NCBI GenBank assembly: GCA_016711095.1
Contig: JADJTP010000003.1
Coordinates: 273,378 to 337,377, forward strand
Length of the DNA stretch: 64,000 nt
Source: Actinomycetales bacterium
Lineage (GTDB): Bacteria > Actinomycetota > Actinomycetes > Actinomycetales > Dermatophilaceae
Direction of reading: 5' to 3'
Shown: piece after piece, positions 58,108 to 64,000 of the stretch
Numbering within the stretch: the first letter of the stretch is position 1
How the letters are laid out: the number at the start of each line of letters is the position of its first letter
Translations under genes and position numbers: made by a program
Notes under the pieces: model-generated
Databases searched by the model: none
Told to the model about the DNA's origin: nothing
The model's input: only the letters and a program-made list of their open reading frames with translations

Positions 58108-58139
58108 CGTATGCCGCGTCGCCACCGTCGCGGCATACG
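58108..58139 (+). terminator. hairpin made of an inverted pair of the abundant motif, 29 nt after the TetR stop
   Basis: CGTATGCCGCG (58108-58118) pairs perfectly with CGCGGCATACG (58129-58139) around the 10-nt loop TCGCCACCGT. Confidence 0.6.
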
Positions 58140-58199
58140 GGCTCGGGCATCTCCGGCGCCCGACAGCGAGCCGGCGTCGACAGTGAAGGGACAGACCAC

Positions 58200-58424
58200 G
58201 TGGAGGTCAGGATCGGCGTGCGCGAGGTCGCACGCGAGATTTCGTTTGAAAGCGACCAGACCGGCGTCCAGGTGGCCGCTGCGGTCGCCGACGCGCTGCG
58301 CGACGGCAAGGTCCTGGATCTCACCGATGACAAGGGCCGCCACTACCTCGTGCCGGCGGCGGCGATCGGTTTTGTCCATTACGGCGAGTCCGAGAAGGGC
58401 CGAGTCGGCTTCGGAGCGCAGTAG
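58200..58424 (+). CDS. DUF3107 domain protein (Mtb TB9.4/Rv3208A-like)
   Basis: 74 aa with a GTG start: VEVRIGVREVAREISFESDQTGVQVAAAVADALRDGKVLDLTDDKGRHYLVPAAAIGFVHYGE. Confidence 0.82.
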   Translation: MEVRIGVREVAREISFESDQTGVQVAAAVADALRDGKVLDLTDDKGRHYLVPAAAIGFVHYGESEKGRVGFGAQ

Positions 58425-58483
58425 GTCGCTTTTCGGGGCACAGTAGGTCTCTTTCACAGTGCAGTAAGTCGGCTTCGGAGCGC
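58404..58483 (+). repeat. short direct repeats re-iterating the 3' end of the DUF3107 gene
   Basis: GTCGGCTTCGGAGCGC occurs at 58404-58419 (the last codons of the CDS) and again at 58468-58483. CAGTAGGTC occurs at 58419-58427 and 58441-58449, and CAGTAAGTC at 58462-58470. Confidence 0.8.
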
Positions 58484-58608
58484 TGCAACCCGCCGGGTCG
58501 AAATCCCCACTCACATGTCTAGTCATGAGACTTTTGAGTTGGGGAGCCCGCCCCACCCGGTTCGCCGGGTCATGCACCGGCTGTCTAGCGCAGCCAGAAG
58601 GAGAGAGT

Positions 58609-58863
58609 ATGAGCATCCTTGGGGCCATCGTCGGCGGACTCATCGTCGGCCTGTTGGCACGCTTCATCCTGCCCGGACGGCAGGGCCTCAGCCTGCCCAT
58701 CACGGTGGGCATCGGAATCGTCGCGGCGTTGCTTGGATGGTGGGTCGCCGGCCTGATCGGTGTCCAGAGCACGTCCGGAGTCGACTGGTTGCGTTGGCTC
58801 ATCAGCGTCGTCATCGCCGCCATCGGCATCGTCATCTATGGCTCGGTCACCAAGAAGGCCTGA
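58609..58863 (+). CDS. GlsB/YeaQ/YmgE family stress-response membrane protein
   Basis: 84 aa from ATG 58609, preceded by a GAAGGAGAG RBS: MSILGAIVGGLIVGLLARFILPGRQGLS... Confidence 0.82.
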   Translation: MSILGAIVGGLIVGLLARFILPGRQGLSLPITVGIGIVAALLGWWVAGLIGVQSTSGVDWLRWLISVVIAAIGIVIYGSVTKKA

Positions 58864-58946
58864 CCGCTTCACCACCCTGTGGGGCTCGGCCGATCCCGGC
58901 CGGGCCCCACAGTCGCTTCGGGGCCCGAGTCCTCGACGAGCCGAGC

Positions 58947-59636
58947 TCAGGCCGACAGCCCGAGTCGACCCATCCGTTCGGTGTGTGCCTGGGTCATCCG
59001 CGCGAACATCCGACCTGCCTCGTTGATGTCAGACCCCGGCTCACCACCCAGGAGCAGCGCCGTGAGCGAGTCGCGTTCGACGGCAACGCTTTGCGTCGCC
59101 TGCATCGTCTCGCCCATGATTCGCCGCGCCCACAGCGAGAGCCGTCCGCCGAGTCGTTCGTCCGCAGCAATCGCCACGCGGACCTCGGCGACGATCGCCT
59201 CGGCGTCGGGCACGCTGGTGAGCATGTCGACGACGAAGTCGCGGTCGGCGCCCGAGAGGTGCCGAGCCATCTCCAGGTGAAAGTCGCGGACGATCCCGTC
59301 GCCGACGTAGGCCTTGACGATCCCCTCCAGCCAGTCACTCGGCGTGGTGCGGGTGTGGAACTGGTCGACGGGCGTCATGAAGGGCGCCATCGCCGCCTCC
59401 GCTGACGCCCCGTGGGCCTCCAGACGTCGGCCCACCCGCTCACACCGCTCGAACATGGCAGCGGCCATCCGCGCAAACGTGAGCTTGGCCGCCAGGTGCG
59501 GGGTCATCTGCGCGTCGGCTGCCAACTCCTCGAACCCGGTCAGTTGCGCATAAGCCAGCGCCCCCAGCAGGTCGACGGCGGCCGCATCCCCGGGAGGCAC
59601 CTTGTCACCGGGGAACACAGCAGCGTCCGTCGTCAT
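58947..59636 (-). CDS. ferritin-like fold-containing protein
   Basis: 229 aa from ATG 59636: MTTDAAVFPGDKVPPGDAAAVDLLGALAYAQLTGFEELAADA.... It is the conserved neighbour of DUF3107 and the DEAD-box helicase in actinobacteria. The family name is from memory. Confidence 0.6.
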   Translation of the reverse strand: MTTDAAVFPGDKVPPGDAAAVDLLGALAYAQLTGFEELAADAQMTPHLAAKLTFARMAAAMFERCERVGRRLEAHGASAEAAMAPFMTPVDQFHTRTTPSDWLEGIVKAYVGDGIVRDFHLEMARHLSGADRDFVVDMLTSVPDAEAIVAEVRVAIAADERLGGRLSLWARRIMGETMQATQSVAVERDSLTALLLGGEPGSDINEAGRMFARMTQAHTERMGRLGLSA

Positions 59637-59898
59637 GGCGCTGACTGTATCGGCGGCATACGGGTTGGCCAATGGGTCCACTCTCCCGAGGCCGACGTGT
59701 CGAGCCGACCGCCGGACCGCCGCCTCACCGTCCGGTAGACTCGCACGCGTACACGGTGCCCGATCGGCCCGAATCGACACCCGCCGAGTGGCTCGGCGAC
59801 CTTCACGAAGACCTCCGATCGGCCCCTCAAGCCGACTTCGGCCGCGCACTTCATCGTGCCGACGGCCGTCGCGGCCCGATCGGAAGCGACCAACACTT

Positions 59899-61558
59899 CA
59901 TGACTCCCTTGGTGCCTCAGAGCATCGAACCCACGTTTGCCGACTTCGGCGTCCACCCTGACATCGTCGCCGCCCTGACCGAGGCCGGGATCGTCCACCC
60001 CTTCCCGATCCAGGCGATGACCTTGCCGGTGGCCCTGGCCGGGCACGACATCATCGGCCAGGCCAAGACCGGTACTGGCAAGACTCTCGGCTTCGGTGTG
60101 CCGATCCTGCAGCGCGTCGTCACCCCGACTGACCCCGGCTACGCCGACCTGGCCAAGCCCGGCAAGCCACAGGCTCTGGCCGTGGCGCCCACCCGTGAGT
60201 TGGCCGTGCAGGTGTCCGGCGACCTCGAGCGCGCCGGCAAGCAGCGCGGCGCCCGGGTGCTCACCGTCTACGGTGGCCGGGCCTATGAGCCGCAGATCGA
60301 GGCCCTCAAGCGAGGCGTCGAGGTCGTCGTCGGCACCCCCGGGCGGCTCATCGACCTGGCGAAGCAGGGCCACCTCGACCTGTCGCAGGCTCGGATGGTC
60401 GTGCTCGACGAGGCCGACGAGATGCTCGACCTCGGCTTCCTGCCCGATGTCGAAACCCTCATGTCGAAAACCCCGTCCGGCCGCCAGACCATGCTTTTTT
60501 CGGCGACCATGCCGGGCGCGATCGTCGCACTGGCCCGGCGCTACATGACTCAGCCGACCCACATCCGGGCGATGGGCGACGAGACCGAGAACGCCCACAC
60601 CGTCAAGGCCATCGAGCAGTTCGTCTATCGGGCCCACGCGATGGACAAGGTCGAGTTGCTCAGCCGGGTGCTGCAAGCCGAGGGACGCGGGCTGTGCCTG
60701 GTCTTCACCCGCACCAAACGCGCCGCCGCGAAGATCACCGAACAACTCACCGAGCGAGGTTTCGCAGCCGCCGCCATCCACGGCGACCTCGGCCAGGGAG
60801 CCCGCGAGCAGGCGCTGCGAGCCTTCCGGCACGGCAACGTCGACGTCCTCGTAGCGACCGACGTCGCTGCCCGCGGTATCGACGTCGAGCACATCACCCA
60901 CGTCATCAACTATCAGTGCCCGGAAGATGAAAAGACGTACGTCCACCGGATCGGGCGGACCGGGCGCGCCGGCAACACCGGCATAGCGATCACCCTCGTC
61001 GACTGGGAAGACATGCCCCGGTGGTCGATGATCGACCGACAGCTGGATCTGGGCATCCCCGAGCCGGTCGAGACCTACTCCTCCTCCGAGCACCTGCACG
61101 CCGACCTCGACATCCCGTCCGGGCTCAAGGGCTATCTCGGCAAGGAGCAGCAGACCCGAGCCGGTCTGGGCGCCGAAGAGCTGGAGGACCTCGGCGAGAC
61201 GGGCCGATCCGGGGGACGTCGGGGCACCTCGGGTCCTGGCAGCCGCGACGGCCGCAGCGATCGAGGGGACCGCTCTGGTGGCGCACGCTCGGGTACGAGC
61301 AATGGCGACGGCACGAGCCAACCGCCCCGCGAGCGCAACCGGCGACGCACCCGTGGCGGCGGCGACGACGGAAGTGGTTCGGCGGTTACCGGCGCGCCCG
61401 TCACCGCCACGAACACCACCCCCTCGCCCGCCCCGACCACTGGCACGGCACCCCGGGACACGCAGACCTTCGACGCCCAGGCCGCCGCTCGCCGCCCGCG
61501 GCGTCGTCGTCGCGGCGGCTCGGGCAGCTCGACCCAGGCGCCCGCCACCTCCATGTGA
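59899..61558 (+). CDS. rhlE: DEAD-box ATP-dependent RNA helicase with Arg/Gly/Ser-rich C-terminal tail
   Basis: It has the Q motif FADFGVHPDIVAALTEAGIVHPFPIQ, AKTGTGKT, VLDEADEM, SAT and HRIGRTGRAG. A 262-nt untranslated region lies upstream. The track ORF start at 59672 is rejected. Confidence 0.9.
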
Positions 61559-61585
61559 CTCCGGCGCAACCCCCGGTCAGCGCCG

Positions 61586-61618
61586 ATCCCGTATGCCGTG
61601 ATCCACGGCATACGGGAT
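61586..61618 (+). terminator. perfect 15-bp hairpin made of an inverted pair of the abundant motif, 28 nt after the rhlE stop
   Basis: ATCCCGTATGCCGTG (61586-61600), loop ATC, then CACGGCATACGGGAT (61604-61618). Confidence 0.7.
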
Positions 61619-61702
61619 TGTGGTGTGACGGGCCATGAGCGGCGCGGGAGCAGGCTGGTAGCGTCGGACCGACCCCACCAACCGTCGGAAGAGGGAAATC
61701 CT

Positions 61703-62683
61703 GTGAGCACTGCACCCGTCAAGGTGGCCGTCACCGGCGCAGCCGGCCAGATCGGCTACAGCCTGCTGTTCCGCATCGCGAGCGGTGCGCTTCTCGGCCC
61801 GGACACCCCGGTGCAACTGCGCCTGCTGGAGATCACCCCCGCCCTCAAGGCTCTTGAGGGTGTCGTCATGGAGCTCGAGGACTGCGCCTTCCCGACGCTC
61901 GCCGGCGTCGAGATCGGCGACGACCCCGAGGCGGTTTTCGACGGCGCGAACCTTGCGATGCTCGTGGGCGCCATGCCGCGCAAGGAGGGCATGGACCGAG
62001 CCGACCTGCTGGCCGCCAACGGCAAGATCTTCACCGGCCAGGGCGCCGCGCTCAACAAGGCTGCTGCGGATGACATCAAGATTCTCGTCACTGGCAACCC
62101 GGCCAACACCAACGCCCTGATCGCCATGGCCAATGCCCCCGACATCCCCAGGGAGCGCTTCAACGCCCTCACCCGGCTGGACCACAACCGCGCCAAGAGC
62201 CAACTAGCCCAGAAGCTCGGCGTGCCCGTCGACTCGATCACCAAGCTCGCGATCTGGGGCAACCACGACGACTCGATGTATCCCGACCTGTACAACACCG
62301 TCGTCGACGGCAAGATCGCGGCCGACCTCGTCGACGAGGCGTGGATCACCGACACGTTCATCCCGACCGTCGCCACCCGCGGCGGGGCGATCATCAAGGC
62401 GCGCGGTCTGTCTTCGGCGGCATCGGCAGCCAACGCGACCATCGATCACATGCGCGACTGGGCGCTCGGAACTAGCGACTGGGTCTCGATGTCGGTGCCG
62501 TCCGACGGCTCCTACGGCCTCGCCGAAGGCGTCGTCTCCTCGTTCCCCTGCGTCTGCAGCGACGGGGCGTACACGATCGTCCAGGGCATCGAGCTGTCCG
62601 ACTTCTCGATGGAGCGGATCAAGGCGTCCGTGGCTCGCCTGGAGTCCGAGCGCGACCAAGTGAAGGCCCTCGGCCTCATCTGA
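61703..62683 (+). CDS. mdh: malate dehydrogenase
   Basis: GTG 61703 follows a [13 protein letters not shown]. Contains [37 protein letters not shown] and TRLDHNRA. Confidence 0.92.
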   Translation: MSTAPVKVAVTGAAGQIGYSLLFRIASGALLGPDTPVQLRLLEITPALKALEGVVMELEDCAFPTLAGVEIGDDPEAVFDGANLAMLVGAMPRKEGMDRADLLAANGKIFTGQGAALNKAAADDIKILVTGNPANTNALIAMANAPDIPRERFNALTRLDHNRAKSQLAQKLGVPVDSITKLAIWGNHDDSMYPDLYNTVVDGKIAADLVDEAWITDTFIPTVATRGGAIIKARGLSSAASAANATIDHMRDWALGTSDWVSMSVPSDGSYGLAEGVVSSFPCVCSDGAYTIVQGIELSDFSMERIKASVARLESERDQVKALGLI

Positions 62684-62692
62684 ACCACCTTT

Positions 62693-62727
62693 GAGCTGCA
62701 CTCTGAGCCCACCTCAGAGTGCAGCTC
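62693..62727. terminator. bidirectional hairpin terminator between mdh and the convergent DUF3017 gene
   Basis: GAGCTGCACTCTGAG (62693-62707), loop CCCAC, then CTCAGAGTGCAGCTC (62713-62727). The stem is a perfect 15 bp. Confidence 0.75.
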
Positions 62728-62767
62728 CATGCTCGGACGTTGCGTCACGCTCGCGGTCGGGTGGACG

Positions 62768-63079
62768 TCAGAGGCGAACGAGGGCGAACGCGACGGCCAC
62801 CGCCACCGCGAGACCGAGCAGGCTGACCACGTCGAGCCATGGCCGACGCACGGCGAGCCCACCGGCCCCCTGGCGGGGCAGCACCGCCCGCAACACGGCC
62901 CCGAGTCCGAAGGCGCTGGCGAAGAGATAGCCGCCGGAACGCAGTTGCCCAAAAGCGGCGACCGCGACTCCCACGCCGGCGATTCCGGCAACCAACCACC
63001 AGACACCCAACCGCCGCAGGCGCCGCCAGTCGCTGGGCTCGGGCTCCGGTTGGGCCGCGCCGGGTTGAGGCTGCGTCAC
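62768..63079 (-). CDS. DUF3017-like small membrane protein
   Basis: About 103 aa from GTG 63079, which overlaps the folD stop as GTGA. It has [27 protein letters not shown] and a second transmembrane segment [18 protein letters not shown]. The 348-aa track ORF is an antisense artefact of folD. Confidence 0.6.
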   Translation of the reverse strand: MTQPQPGAAQPEPEPSDWRRLRRLGVWWLVAGIAGVGVAVAAFGQLRSGGYLFASAFGLGAVLRAVLPRQGAGGLAVRRPWLDVVSLLGLAVAVAVAFALVRL

Positions 63080-63963
63080 CGCGTCGACGCGCCCGATACG
63101 TGGCGCTCGGCCGCCTGCACGACGTTGGCCAGCAGCAGCGCGCGAGTCATCGGCCCGACGCCTCCCGGATTGGGGCTCACCCAGCCGGCCACCCGCGCGA
63201 CGTCGGCGGCCACGTCGCCGGCAACCCGCGAGCGGCCGGTGGCCTCGTCGATGACCCGGCTCACCCCGACGTCGAGCACCGCCGCCCCCGGCTTGACCAT
63301 GTCGGCGGTGACGATGTCGGGAACCCCGGCGGCCGCGACGACGATGTCGGCCTGTCGCACCTCGGCGGCAAGGTCGCGAGTCCCGGTGTGACACAACGTC
63401 ACCGTCGCGTTCTCCGATCGGCGGGTGAGGATGAGACCCAGCGGTCGACCCACCGTCAGCCCCCGTCCGATGATGCAGACCTTGGCTCCGGCGATCGGGA
63501 CACCGAAGCGCCGGAGCAACTCGATGACGCCCATCGGGGTGCACGGCAGCGGCGCCGGCCGACCAAGCACGAGCCAGCCCAGGTTCGTGGGGTGCAGGCC
63601 GTCGACATCCTTGGTCGGGTCGACGCGTGACAGCAGCTTCATCTCGTCGAGGCCGGTGGGCTGCTGGACGAGAAAGCCCGTGCACGACGGATCGGCGTTG
63701 AGCTCGTCGATGACCGCCTCGACCTCGGCCTGCGTCGCCGTGGCCGGCAGGTCGCGGCGGATGCTGCGGATGCCCAGTTCGGCGCAATCGCGGTGCTTGG
63801 CCCCGACGTACCACTGGCTGCCGGGGTCATCTCCGACGAGCACCGTGCCCAGGCCGGGCACGACCCCCCGGTCGGCCAGCGCTGCGACCCGCACAGCGAG
63901 CTCACTCTTGACCTGGTCGAGGGTGGACTTGCCGTCGAGGATGCGAGCGTTCACGCCGGACAT
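63076..63963 (-). CDS. folD: bifunctional methylenetetrahydrofolate dehydrogenase (NADP+)/methenyl-THF cyclohydrolase
   Basis: 295 aa, intact. Contains [40 protein letters not shown] and NPGGVGPMT. Confidence 0.93.
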   Translation of the reverse strand: MSGVNARILDGKSTLDQVKSELAVRVAALADRGVVPGLGTVLVGDDPGSQWYVGAKHRDCAELGIRSIRRDLPATATQAEVEAVIDELNADPSCTGFLVQQPTGLDEMKLLSRVDPTKDVDGLHPTNLGWLVLGRPAPLPCTPMGVIELLRRFGVPIAGAKVCIIGRGLTVGRPLGLILTRRSENATVTLCHTGTRDLAAEVRQADIVVAAAGVPDIVTADMVKPGAAVLDVGVSRVIDEATGRSRVAGDVAADVARVAGWVSPNPGGVGPMTRALLLANVVQAAERHVSGASTR

Positions 63964-64000
63964 CTTCCCACGCGGCGCGGCTGCACCCCTGGCGCGGCTG

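Noticed and set aside
61591-61599. The variant GTATGCCGT shares the heptamer ATGCCGT with the Neisseria 12-mer DUS (ATGCCGTCTGAA).
   Set aside because: Only 7 nt are shared, the remainder differs, and the organisms are unrelated. I treat this as coincidence and not as evidence for function.

Overview
This is a chromosomal core region of a high-GC (about 70%) Actinomycetota genome. It holds about 54 protein genes and one tRNA. I found no rRNA, CRISPR array, transposase, integrase or phage gene.

Gene content:
- Left end: the rho-thrB-thrC-hom-lysA block, in the same order as M. tuberculosis Rv1293-Rv1297. The slot where argS normally sits holds a stand-alone receiver-domain gene coupled to an ArgS-like gene that lacks the catalytic core, next to tRNA-Arg(CCG).
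- Next: two DUF21/CBS (TlyC-like) genes, a long acyl-CoA dehydrogenase, a sugar ABC importer, an ABC-2 exporter pair, kgd, a beta-CASP MBL hydrolase, a DUF4097-PadR operon, whiB1-pdtaS, the large NAD-glutamate dehydrogenase, pruA, gpsA, a GDPD, an MFS transporter, three thioesterases, fabG and ppk2.
- Right end: a block syntenic with Mtb Rv3198A-Rv3211, comprising mycoredoxin, nudC, adnB/adnA, an MGMT-like gene, moeZ, TetR, DUF3107 and rhlE, followed by mdh and folD.
- Many neighbouring genes overlap by 4 nt (ATGA or GTGA).

Main observations:
1. The 8-mer CGGCATAC/GTATGCCG occurs at least 60 times in 64 kb, where base composition predicts about 2-3. It appears in all reading frames and on both strands. 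It also forms perfect inverted-repeat hairpins after genes, which resembles a DNA-uptake-sequence or Chi-like genomic word. I know of no description of it.
2. About 15 frameshifts, mostly at short mononucleotide runs, break housekeeping genes. Most lie between 2.7 and 10.4 kb. Assembly indels are the most likely cause.

All coordinates and counts come from reading the sequence by eye and need computational confirmation.
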